From the NCBI GenBank assembly GCA_937996685.1, contig CALKUP010000014.1, positions 1 through 57,222 on the forward strand: a stretch of DNA of 57,222 nt. The letters are read 5' to 3'. A model generated the notes under the pieces. That model saw nothing but the letters and a program-made list of their open reading frames with translations, did no database searches and was not told the DNA's origin. Position 1 is the first letter of the stretch; each line of letters begins with the position of its first letter. This DNA comes from an uncultured bacterium (GTDB taxonomy: Bacteria > Patescibacteriota > Patescibacteriia > UBA9570 > XYC2-FULL-38-9). A program made the position numbers and the translations under genes. Below are positions 21,188 to 29,690 of this stretch, in pieces.

Positions 21188-22153
21188 CTAATTTGGATCT
21201 GCGTATCCGTCGCCGTCTTCATTTTCTAATTTAGAAAAATGTTGAGGATCTTTAAATTTACCTCCCCAACCCCAACCATTCTTTTTCCAAATTTCCAAAA
21301 AAGCAGGTGGCATGTCTGTTTTGATAGACGATCCTTCTGTATACGGATTTGTTGCTGGATTAATATCAATCGCCACTCCATACGAATGATTTGACGGTCT
21401 TCCTGTGTCATACCAATTACCATTTGCATCTTTCTTTTGTACATTTCGACAATTAAATCCCTCTAATTCACTCCCTCGACTATTATTTAATCCAGCATTA
21501 ATTGGATAAAATTTATCTCCACCCAATCGATTCCATTCCGCATCAACAGCTTTGAGGCTTTTTACAAGATCTTTATGAATCTTTGTTGTCATTCCAAAAA
21601 CACTCACAGTCACAATGTAATCAGGATCTGGCGCTCCAACCTGACACGGTGGAATTGCAATTTTTTCTCCTGAAATTGGCCGGACTAAATACTTAGTACC
21701 GGATTCACACACAGTATCGCCAGGCGCGCATGAGCCAGAATCATCATGATGCGCAGGCGCTGCTGCAATTGGAATCGCAGGATTTGTGGATTGAATTAAT
21801 GCCGGGTTAATAAAGTTCAAAATCATGTATGAACTAAATGCTAACACGATACCAATAATTGCATGCAAGATACCATCCTTGGCTTTTCCAATAATGTCTG
21901 AATTTCCCGCAGCGGCTGCCCATTGAAAACCATGAAACATAATCATCACTGCAGCGATGATGCCGATACTTGAAACAATAAAAATATACAGTCGTGCAAT
22001 ATAATCGGCGAGACCAAGGACAGCATTCGTTTCTCCAAATGGCACTTCAAGTCCAACGTTCACAAGCGGCGCATCTGCAGCAAATGCAATGTGTGGAGCA
22101 AAGAGCATCGCACATCCGATGAGAAACAATTGAATACTGATTATTCTTTTCAT
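21188..22153 (-). CDS. Fusion protein: signal peptide + VirB2/TrbC-type T4SS-pilin-like two-TM module + C-terminal M15 (VanY-like) zinc peptidase
   Basis: Signal peptide ending AFA|AD. Two hydrophobic helices flank a short polar loop (LYIFIVSSIGIIAAVMIMFHGFQW-AAAAGNSDIIGKAKDG-ILHAIIGIVLAFSSYMILNFI). C-terminal SxHxxGxAxD motif (SNHSYGVAID) and a later DPQHF. Confidence 0.7.
   Translation of the reverse strand: MKRIISIQLFLIGCAMLFAPHIAFAADAPLVNVGLEVPFGETNAVLGLADYIARLYIFIVSSIGIIAAVMIMFHGFQWAAAAGNSDIIGKAKDGILHAIIGIVLAFSSYMILNFINPALIQSTNPAIPIAAAPAHHDDSGSCAPGDTVCESGTKYLVRPISGEKIAIPPCQVGAPDPDYIVTVSVFGMTTKIHKDLVKSLKAVDAEWNRLGGDKFYPINAGLNNSRGSELEGFNCRNVQKKDANGNWYDTGRPSNHSYGVAIDINPATNPYTEGSSIKTDMPPAFLEIWKKNGWGWGGKFKDPQHFSKLENEDGDGYADPN
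21771..22073. repeat. 303-bp dispersed direct repeat copy A (pilin-module coding segment)
   Basis: Aligns without gaps to 23148-23450 with about 21 mismatches by manual alignment (about 93% identity). Confidence 0.85.
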
Positions 22154-22157
22154 AAGA

Positions 22158-22607
22158 TTACGGACAATAATGGAAACTCAATTCTTTCCCACTATACTCC
22201 TCATTCACGCTAAATGGAACCCCCATACTTACCTTTAACGCACAAGCATCAGTGGCTGTAATATTAAGAATCTTGAGAAAATCCTGCTCTGCAATTGTTC
22301 GAGCACTTTCAACATTGGGATCGAGCAAGGTAATGATAAAACCATCATCTTTTGGATAATAACTCATCTCATAAGAGCTTGTACGCGCAAATCCCACGCC
22401 ATTTTCTGGATATGTCACAAGAGCACGTCCGTAAATATTTGTCATGAGAATATTTTTTTTGTCTGCTGTAGTGACAGAGAGTTGATTTTTTACAATTGTT
22501 GGCTTGTATTCAATGGATTTCTGATAAAAAAAGAAATACCATACTATTGCAATAGAAAGAAGGATTGTGATAATACTACCTGCGATGATAACTGCTGTTT
22601 TATTCAT
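22158..22607 (-). CDS. Bitopic hypothetical protein (N-terminal TM segment, extracytoplasmic domain with 2 Cys)
   Basis: 149-aa ORF lying 4 nt upstream of the next gene in the operon. N-terminal hydrophobic segment VIIAGSIITILLSIAIVWYFFF. Confidence 0.55.
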   Translation of the reverse strand: MNKTAVIIAGSIITILLSIAIVWYFFFYQKSIEYKPTIVKNQLSVTTADKKNILMTNIYGRALVTYPENGVGFARTSSYEMSYYPKDDGFIITLLDPNVESARTIAEQDFLKILNITATDACALKVSMGVPFSVNEEYSGKELSFHYCP

Positions 22608-22630
22608 ATAAGTATATCAATCTCTTTTTA

Positions 22631-23533
22631 TTAAGGCGTATAATTACATTTTTTATTCGTACTCCATGGTTTCCAATGAGCACCATTACTTGAGATACGG
22701 CAAGCTAATTCAACATTCTTGGTTGCTTCAATAAATTGCGCCTTACATGATTCATAGAGTGGTACATTTTTCACACTACAATCATAATGCTTTTTTCCAT
22801 TTGGGTTTGCGGGATCAGCCACAAGTCCTGGATTTCCATGCCCGTAATTATAGACCTTGTCTTTTTCGCAGCCAGAAATCAAGTATCCATTCGCAATCAT
22901 GTTCACTTGAAAAAGCCCTACCGAAAAGGCTCGCCCATCCGTGCAGACATCCGTCTGACTTTCAATACTTTGTCCACGAGTTTCTGCATTACAGATACCA
23001 GAAGCTTCATTCACATGCGTACCAAAGCAGCCTTTTGAAACAGTTAATAATGTTGCTGGCTCACATGTACCACTGCTCGGAGCCTCACAAACCCCGCCAC
23101 TTGCAGCCGCAACTCCGTTCACTGTTGCGACAGGTGCTCCTGCCTTTGGAATCGCAGGATTTGTGGATTGGATTAAGTTTGGGTTGATAAAGTTTAAAAT
23201 CATGTATGAACTAAACGCTAACACGATACCAATAATTGCATGCAAGATACCATCCTTGGCTTTCCCGATAATATCTGAATTTCCCGCAGCAGCAGCCCAT
23301 TGAAAGCCATGGAACATAATCATCACTGCAGCGATGATGCCGATACTAGAAACAATAAAAATATACAGCCGTGCAATGTAATCAGCGAGACCGAGGACAG
23401 CATTCGTTTCTCCAAATGGCACTTCAAGCCCAACGTTCACAAGCGGCGCATTTTCTGCAAAGGCAATATCTGGCAAGAGCAATGCTATGCAAAACCCAAT
23501 AATAAGGAATGAAGTGGCTGAAAAAAATTTCAT
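22631..23533 (-). CDS. Fusion protein: signal peptide + the same T4SS-pilin-like module + C-terminal lysozyme-like/lytic transglycosylase (SLT/GH23-like) Cys-rich domain
   Basis: The N-terminal 101-aa module differs at 1 residue from the one in 21188-22153. The C-terminus has an ES ... SVGLFQVN arrangement typical of SLT-type muramidases, plus about 11 Cys. Confidence 0.65.
   Translation of the reverse strand: MKFFSATSFLIIGFCIALLLPDIAFAENAPLVNVGLEVPFGETNAVLGLADYIARLYIFIVSSIGIIAAVMIMFHGFQWAAAAGNSDIIGKAKDGILHAIIGIVLAFSSYMILNFINPNLIQSTNPAIPKAGAPVATVNGVAAASGGVCEAPSSGTCEPATLLTVSKGCFGTHVNEASGICNAETRGQSIESQTDVCTDGRAFSVGLFQVNMIANGYLISGCEKDKVYNYGHGNPGLVADPANPNGKKHYDCSVKNVPLYESCKAQFIEATKNVELACRISSNGAHWKPWSTNKKCNYTP
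23148..23450. repeat. 303-bp dispersed direct repeat copy B (pilin-module coding segment)
   Basis: Partner of 21771-22073. The mismatches are almost all synonymous. Confidence 0.85.
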
Positions 23534-23534
23534 G

Positions 23535-24320
23535 TTACTTCCCTAACTCTTCTTCAATCACAGCCTTTAGTGTTTCGTACGATTGCGCGCCACTGAGAAA
23601 GCGACCATTGACATAATAACTCGGCGCTTCTGTCAGCCCTAATGACTGACCAACAAAATAACTTTGCACAACTAATCGCTGAGTTTTTGCACCAGACACA
23701 CAACTACTAAACACATTTGGATCCAAACCAGCCTCTTCTGCGATAGTAGACCATGGTTGTGACGCGAATAATGATTGCTGGGTTAACAACGCATCATGAT
23801 ATTCCCAGAATTTGCCTTGATCTTGTGCGCAACGTGCTGCAATGGCTGCTGTTTGCGCATATTGATGCACTTGTGGCAACGGAAAGTCTTTCCACACATG
23901 TTGTACTGTTCCACTGTATTCATCAACAATTTTTTGCATCGTATCTTTCATTGCAGCACAATTTTCGCATTGAAAATCACCAAACTCGATGATTGTCACT
24001 TTTGGATTTGTCGCTCCCCGTTTTGGATCAGACACCAACGCAACTGGAGCCCCTTTCGAAACCTCAGCCTCGCTCACCTTTGGCACAACTGAAACAAGTG
24101 GGTCAGAACTCGGGGAAACGGTCGCTGTCGGAGTCACAACCAATGATGAATTCACTGGATTATTCGCAAAAAATAATGAAGCAATCGCAAGCACAACAAG
24201 CAATACAATTGCCCCAAGTGTCAATCCAATAAAATACAATCGGGCAGTGTGCTTTGATGGTGTCATTACGATTTTTTCAGAAGATGCTGGCTGGACTGTA
24301 AGCGGTTGATTGGATTCCAT
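23535..24320 (-). CDS. Membrane-anchored DsbA-like thioredoxin-fold thiol:disulfide oxidoreductase
   Basis: N-terminal TM segment, and a CxxC active site in FGDFQCENCA followed by a DsbA-like helical insert. Lies 1 nt from the next gene. Confidence 0.8.
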   Translation of the reverse strand: MESNQPLTVQPASSEKIVMTPSKHTARLYFIGLTLGAIVLLVVLAIASLFFANNPVNSSLVVTPTATVSPSSDPLVSVVPKVSEAEVSKGAPVALVSDPKRGATNPKVTIIEFGDFQCENCAAMKDTMQKIVDEYSGTVQHVWKDFPLPQVHQYAQTAAIAARCAQDQGKFWEYHDALLTQQSLFASQPWSTIAEEAGLDPNVFSSCVSGAKTQRLVVQSYFVGQSLGLTEAPSYYVNGRFLSGAQSYETLKAVIEEELGK

Positions 24321-24325
24321 AAAAA

Positions 24326-25651
24326 TTATTGTAATTTGATTTTGACTAACTGACCACTTGTCGTATCTTGAAAAATCAATTGATTATCTTTTGATACCGT
24401 CATTGAATTTGCATTAACCGCATACACCGCCTCACCCTTAGCATTTACTGGTGTTGCAATTTTTGACTTAATGCCTGTTTTGACATCAATTTTATAAATA
24501 TCATCTGCCACGCCATTTAAAATTCCAGGCTCTAAACCGTATCCATATTTTTGATTGCTCGGCACACCACAATACACCGTTGAGGAATCTTTTGTGAATG
24601 CACATTTATTCGCGAATGTATTCACACCAAGCTCTCGTCGGTTATTTCCAATATTTTCACCATCACTATCAACAATAGTCAGGCTTGGTTTATATTCTGT
24701 CGCAGTTGAATAGACGCTATACAACATTCGCGCGCCATCTTTAGAATACTGACTTTGAAAACCACGACCATCAACAACAGTCCCTTTAAAGTTTTCACGA
24801 TTCAATCCAATAAAACCAATTTCTTGTCGATTCACATCGATGAAGGTTGAAAACGTCGCTGCTACTTTCCCCGTTGGAGACCAGCCCACTTGCACACGAT
24901 CCTGGTTTTCTCCCAACGCCTCTAACGTCTTTGCTTTCGAACCATCCGGGCTACTCATTGCAAGCACACGACGCTCTGGATCTGAATGCATATATTTAAA
25001 TGCGATCTCAGCTCCATCGTTTGAAAAATCAAACTGCTCAAATTCTTTTGGCAATGTGACCTGCTTATTATTACTCAAATTGTAATAGACATTTGCTCCA
25101 TCGGGAAATTCTAAGATCACTTCATTATTCGTTTTTGACCATGTCACCTTTTCAACATTTGCAAACTCACCCGTTCCAATTTGCTGAATCACACCTGCGG
25201 CATCAACGCTGAAAAACTTCCCTGTTTTTGGATCATAATATCTCGATCCATCAACTTGTGAACTTGTACTCGGAGCTGGATCTTGAATTTTTGTATCTGG
25301 AGTGAGAGGTGTTGCTATTGTTTGACCACCACGCGCAACTGCATCAACTCCTGGAAGATTTCCAGTGTTTGTATTTCCATTCCCATTTGTATTCCCGTTA
25401 GAAATATTTGTATTTTTTAAAATATCATTAATATTCGGCAAACCAACCGTGCTATTTGTATTTTGGCTTGCCTGATTACTCGATGACGGCGATCGAAAAA
25501 ATACCCAATAAATCAAAAATAACAACACAATTAAGCCTGCAACAAAACCCCCTATCAGTAGGGCTTGTTTCATGCGGGGTGAAAGTGTGAAATTCATATC
25601 ATGATTAGTGTACCATTTTTTTTGGAAAAATAGAATCTTTAATAGGTACAT
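24326..25651 (-). CDS. Bitopic protein with a TolB-like (PD40/WD40-like) beta-propeller
   Basis: TM segment near the N-terminus, an N/G/T-rich linker, and repeated SPDG/SKDG/SNDG blade motifs. Starts possible at 25651 (13-nt overlap with the upstream gene) or 25597. Confidence 0.65.
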   Translation of the reverse strand: MYLLKILFFQKKWYTNHDMNFTLSPRMKQALLIGGFVAGLIVLLFLIYWVFFRSPSSSNQASQNTNSTVGLPNINDILKNTNISNGNTNGNGNTNTGNLPGVDAVARGGQTIATPLTPDTKIQDPAPSTSSQVDGSRYYDPKTGKFFSVDAAGVIQQIGTGEFANVEKVTWSKTNNEVILEFPDGANVYYNLSNNKQVTLPKEFEQFDFSNDGAEIAFKYMHSDPERRVLAMSSPDGSKAKTLEALGENQDRVQVGWSPTGKVAATFSTFIDVNRQEIGFIGLNRENFKGTVVDGRGFQSQYSKDGARMLYSVYSTATEYKPSLTIVDSDGENIGNNRRELGVNTFANKCAFTKDSSTVYCGVPSNQKYGYGLEPGILNGVADDIYKIDVKTGIKSKIATPVNAKGEAVYAVNANSMTVSKDNQLIFQDTTSGQLVKIKLQ

Positions 25652-26970
25652 CCAGACGCCGAGTACAAGGCATATGCACCACCGACCGCACCAAGTATCG
25701 GGTTAATTATAGCAGCTAATGTAGACACCAGACCAATAGCAGCACTACCTCCTAAACACCCTAGACTCATTAACAAAAACAGAATTCCAAGCGTAAAAAC
25801 AAATACCACTAAAAGCATAAAAATGATAATCATTATTATCCATTTAATGATGGGTGTTTTTGACAAAAGATAGCCTAAAATATACCCAGCAACTGTACCC
25901 CCTGGACCAACAGCTGAACCTGCTGCTGCGAGACCCTCCTCAGCGGCTATTGTTTCTGCTCCTTCTAATGCCGCTGTCTCTCCTGCGCTTACCGCAGCAC
26001 TGCCGGAAACTTCAGCAAGCGCCTTTCCTCCTTTATTCGTGACTAACTTGGCTGCTGCCTTTTCTTTTTGCAAATCACCCGCAACCGCGGATTCATCTTC
26101 TGGTGCAACTGATTGACTCGAACCCGCAGCATCTTCTGACTGCTCTGCATTTTCATTTGAGTCAGATCCCGCATCATCACTTCCGTCTTCAGTGCCCTGT
26201 TCGTTCTCTTTTTCTTCTTGATCTTCATCACCATCTTCAGATTCGTCATCTGCTTCTTCATCATCGTTTTCCTCATCGTTCTTTTTTTCGTCACCGCTCT
26301 CATCTTCAGCTTTTTTTTCTTCATCAACAGCATCACCTGCAGATTCACTTGGCGCTTCTTGCGACAATGGCGCAGGCGCATTTGATTGCGGTGCGGATGT
26401 TGCAGCCGGCGCTTGTGAGCCGGATTCAGGTTGTGTTGTCTTACCCTCAGGCGCATTTCCCGCCTCTTGTTGCGGAGCCGCATCTGAAGCATTATCAGCA
26501 GAAGACTTCGGTGAACTCGCTGGTTGACTTTCAGTTGGCATCGGCGCTGTGCTTGGTGCTTCTTGCGCGCTCGGCTGAGCACTCCCCGGACTTTCAGCAC
26601 GAGGCTCAGACCCTGGCGTCGTCGAAGATGGCTCTGGTTGAGAAATGGGACGCGGCGCGGCTGATCGAGTAGGAGCTCCTGCTTCACCTGCCTGACTCAA
26701 GAGCGCTGCCGCCTGACGCGCTTTTGCAATCTGTCGAGCCTTTTGCAACGCTGCCGCCATTGCGGCTTCCGTCGCAGCTCCTGCAACTTGAGCAGCAGCC
26801 GTTTGACTTGCTCGAGCAATTTCCCCTCCAACATCTTGGAGTCCTTCCTGAATATTCTCCTCAATCGCTTTTGGTACAGCAACATTTAAGACCTCTTGTT
26901 CCAAAGGTTTTTGAATATCTGTATTATCACCTGCCTGTGATAATTCTGCTTCTACATCCGAATCTGCCAT
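25639..26970 (-). CDS. Highly acidic, low-complexity (A/E/D/S/P/Q-rich) protein with C-terminal multi-TM anchor
   Basis: 443-aa ORF in the operon. About 330 aa are predicted disordered, with runs such as DEENDDEEADDESEDGDEDQEEKENEQ, followed by about 3 hydrophobic segments at the C-terminus. Confidence 0.55.
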   Translation of the reverse strand: MADSDVEAELSQAGDNTDIQKPLEQEVLNVAVPKAIEENIQEGLQDVGGEIARASQTAAAQVAGAATEAAMAAALQKARQIAKARQAAALLSQAGEAGAPTRSAAPRPISQPEPSSTTPGSEPRAESPGSAQPSAQEAPSTAPMPTESQPASSPKSSADNASDAAPQQEAGNAPEGKTTQPESGSQAPAATSAPQSNAPAPLSQEAPSESAGDAVDEEKKAEDESGDEKKNDEENDDEEADDESEDGDEDQEEKENEQGTEDGSDDAGSDSNENAEQSEDAAGSSQSVAPEDESAVAGDLQKEKAAAKLVTNKGGKALAEVSGSAAVSAGETAALEGAETIAAEEGLAAAGSAVGPGGTVAGYILGYLLSKTPIIKWIIMIIIFMLLVVFVFTLGILFLLMSLGCLGGSAAIGLVSTLAAIINPILGAVGGAYALYSASGCTY

Positions 26971-26993
26971 GAAATAGTACTAACGAATAAATG

Positions 26994-27611
26994 TTATTGC
27001 CACGCAATTTGATCAACTTTCCATGAACCATCACTATAGACCATATTCACTAATACATCTTGGGTGAATGTTTTTTGTTCGGTGTCACCTTTTGTTTCTG
27101 AACGTTGCGTGGAAACACGCACTTGCGCTGCTTTTTGTTCAGTGTATTTATCCGCCTTTAAAGACAATACCGTTGTTGTGATGCCATAAAATGGATCTGT
27201 CTCTTTTTTATTAGCTGTTGCATTTTTTGCAATATACGCATCACTTTCACGTTGAAAACCACTTGTCATAAATGGCTGTACGTTTGTAATATTTTCAAAA
27301 TTATTACGATTACTATAGGTTCCGTATCGCTCAATAAACACGCGCGCTACCCGCAACGCTGCGGCCGCATCATTTGTTGATAGCTTTGTTGTATTTGTAT
27401 TTGCAACAGGCGCAGCAGTATTTGTATTAGTTGTTGGCGCTGCTGTAGTGACTGGCACACCTTGATTCACCACAATCGCTGTATTCGTATTTGTTGTTAC
27501 AGTCGGTGCTGGTGCTGTATTACGAAAAAAGAAATACCACACGAGTCCACCAATCACAGTAACTGCGAGGACTCCTCCAACGATAGATAGAATAATAGTT
27601 CGTCGTGTCAT
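26994..27611 (-). CDS. Bitopic protein, VirB8/TcpC-like (NTF2-like) candidate
   Basis: ATG at 27611. N-terminal TM segment, a T/N-rich linker, and a domain of about 125 aa ending DGSWKVDQIAWQ, which resembles an NTF2-like fold. Lies immediately downstream of VirB4. Confidence 0.45.
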   Translation of the reverse strand: MTRRTIILSIVGGVLAVTVIGGLVWYFFFRNTAPAPTVTTNTNTAIVVNQGVPVTTAAPTTNTNTAAPVANTNTTKLSTNDAAAALRVARVFIERYGTYSNRNNFENITNVQPFMTSGFQRESDAYIAKNATANKKETDPFYGITTTVLSLKADKYTEQKAAQVRVSTQRSETKGDTEQKTFTQDVLVNMVYSDGSWKVDQIAWQ

Positions 27612-27632
27612 AAGAATCAATCACTAATAATA

Positions 27633-29675
27633 TTAAAGGATAGGGTTATTTTGCTGATTTTGCAATTGCGCTATTTGCTCATCTGAAGCCGCAGCGCTTT
27701 GTTCTGCACTTTCCATTGCGAGCAACTGACGTGGATCTGAAGTAATAATCTTATCTTCAATCGGAGACGCGACCACTTGCATCGCAACGTGTTTTTGCCC
27801 TGCAAAGAAAATGCCTTGCCCGACACTTCCTTCAAGGAGTAAATATTTTTCACTATCTGTGAGTAAAAATATTTTTTGGATGTTATCAATAGCAGCCGGA
27901 GACTGTTTCAGCAACATTTGCATTGCTGAGTTGGTCACAATCGCCGCGCCATATGGTGAGCGCAAAAAGTCATTCACATCTTGCGTAATCGTTGTGACAC
28001 CAAGATAGTATTTACGGCATCGTTTGACTAATGCATAAATAAATTTCGCTGAATCTTCGTTTTGCATTAACCACCAGGCTTCATCAATCACCAAAATACG
28101 TTTCTTTAATTCAGATCGCACTGTGTTCCAGATATAGTTCACAATCATGTAAATCGCAATCGGTCGCAACTCATCTTCTAAATCACGGACAGAAAAAACC
28201 GTTAATTGATTTTTTGTATCAATATTTGTTGGTGAATTCAGCAAACCAGCAAAGGTTCCTTCTGTGTATTTTTTCAAACGGATCACCATGTTCGTTGTTC
28301 CGTCAAAACCTTCCAAAATATCAATAAAGTCTTGCATAATCGGCGCCTCAACTTTTGATAAATCAGCGTCAGGTGTAATATCTTTTTTCGCGTAGGTTTC
28401 AATTAATGCACGATCCAAAATCGAATCTTCTGCCGCAGAGACTTCTCCAAGCATGACACGAAGCAAGCCTTTGATTGTAATCACCGCAGACCGAATAATG
28501 TCAGCCGGGCGATCGGCTCCACCAACAGGTCGCGGTAAATCAAACGGATTAATTTTCACATCAGAATTCAACGAGATATTCACAAATGAACCACCAACTG
28601 AATCAGACAAATGCTTGTACTCATTTTCTGGGTCGATCACCATCACATCCGTGCCCATCATGAGCGAACGCAAGATTTCGAGTTTGACCGTATAACTTTT
28701 TCCAGCACCAGACGTCGCAAACACGACGGCATTTGCATTTTGCAATGAAAAGCGATCAAAAATAATCAAGCTGCCATTATGCCGATTCACGGCATACATA
28801 ATTCCGCTGTCAGAAGTCAGGTCAGATGAAATAAACGGAAATGACGACGCAACTGGCGAGCTATTCATATTGAAGTAAATCGACAACTCATCAAGCCCAA
28901 GCGGCATTGTTGAATGAAAGCCTTGTTCTGCTTGGTAAAAACCACGTTTTGCGAGCACGAGTCGACTGCCGAATAATGTATCCAATTCATCAATTCGGTC
29001 ATTCAGTTCTTTTTCCGAATCAGCATAGACTGACACATATAATGCATATTGAAAAAACTTTTCTGTTCCTTGGGTGAGTGAGTCACGCAACTCTTCGATA
29101 TCTCGCAAGGCTGTTTCACGAATTGGGTCACGCGGCGCTCCTTTGTCTCGATCAGACACGATCGTTGCTTCCAACTCACCAACCTTTTTCTTTAATTGGC
29201 GCAAAATAATATCCGATTTTACTGGATAAAAGAACATACTGATATCAAGCTCCTTGTTCATCATGATGATTTGCGAAAACCATCCAACACTGACATAGCG
29301 CGGATATGACACCACAAACATTGTACTGACCAATTTTCCTCCAAGATCAACAAATCGCGCCTCGACATTCATCGCAGCTGGAGCGATTAAATCAAGAACG
29401 GTTGTAATTCCTTTACGATACACTTGTGCTGCCTCAATAATTTCAGCAGTTTCATTTTGTTTCTTTTTTCTCGCGGGCGGAAGATCACTAACCACATCAT
29501 CAGACACTGTCACCTTTTCAGATAAGCCTTGCAAGAAACCACTGTCATTTTGCAACATTGCTGTATCGCCTGTTTCTGGTTTTGGCACTTCTAACTCCTC
29601 AGCGTCAACGACAATATTCTTCGTCGTGTCTGCGAATTGCTCCGGTTGTGGTTTTTTCTTTAAAAAATCAAACAT
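27633..29675 (-). CDS. VirB4/TraC/PrgJ-type T4SS ATPase
   Basis: Walker A in VVFATSGAGKSYT and Walker B in RILVIDEAWWLM. The N-terminal domain pattern (VVSYPRYVSVGWFSQII) is typical of Gram-positive VirB4 homologues. Confidence 0.85.
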   Translation of the reverse strand: MFDFLKKKPQPEQFADTTKNIVVDAEELEVPKPETGDTAMLQNDSGFLQGLSEKVTVSDDVVSDLPPARKKKQNETAEIIEAAQVYRKGITTVLDLIAPAAMNVEARFVDLGGKLVSTMFVVSYPRYVSVGWFSQIIMMNKELDISMFFYPVKSDIILRQLKKKVGELEATIVSDRDKGAPRDPIRETALRDIEELRDSLTQGTEKFFQYALYVSVYADSEKELNDRIDELDTLFGSRLVLAKRGFYQAEQGFHSTMPLGLDELSIYFNMNSSPVASSFPFISSDLTSDSGIMYAVNRHNGSLIIFDRFSLQNANAVVFATSGAGKSYTVKLEILRSLMMGTDVMVIDPENEYKHLSDSVGGSFVNISLNSDVKINPFDLPRPVGGADRPADIIRSAVITIKGLLRVMLGEVSAAEDSILDRALIETYAKKDITPDADLSKVEAPIMQDFIDILEGFDGTTNMVIRLKKYTEGTFAGLLNSPTNIDTKNQLTVFSVRDLEDELRPIAIYMIVNYIWNTVRSELKKRILVIDEAWWLMQNEDSAKFIYALVKRCRKYYLGVTTITQDVNDFLRSPYGAAIVTNSAMQMLLKQSPAAIDNIQKIFLLTDSEKYLLLEGSVGQGIFFAGQKHVAMQVVASPIEDKIITSDPRQLLAMESAEQSAAASDEQIAQLQNQQNNPIL

Positions 29676-29690
29676 ATATATTCACTTCCG

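Noticed and set aside
22611-22619. TGATATACT box upstream of the 149-aa gene, considered as a leaderless promoter.
   Set aside because: Only 3 nt separate it from the ATG, too close for a transcription start at or before the start codon. The gene is probably read as part of the operon.
26043-26687. 214-aa (-) and 189-aa (+) ORFs inside the acidic-protein gene.
   Set aside because: These are K/R/M-rich or H/L-rich translations of alternative frames of a low-complexity GA-rich gene. The operon context and the C-terminal TM segments favour the 25639-26970 frame.
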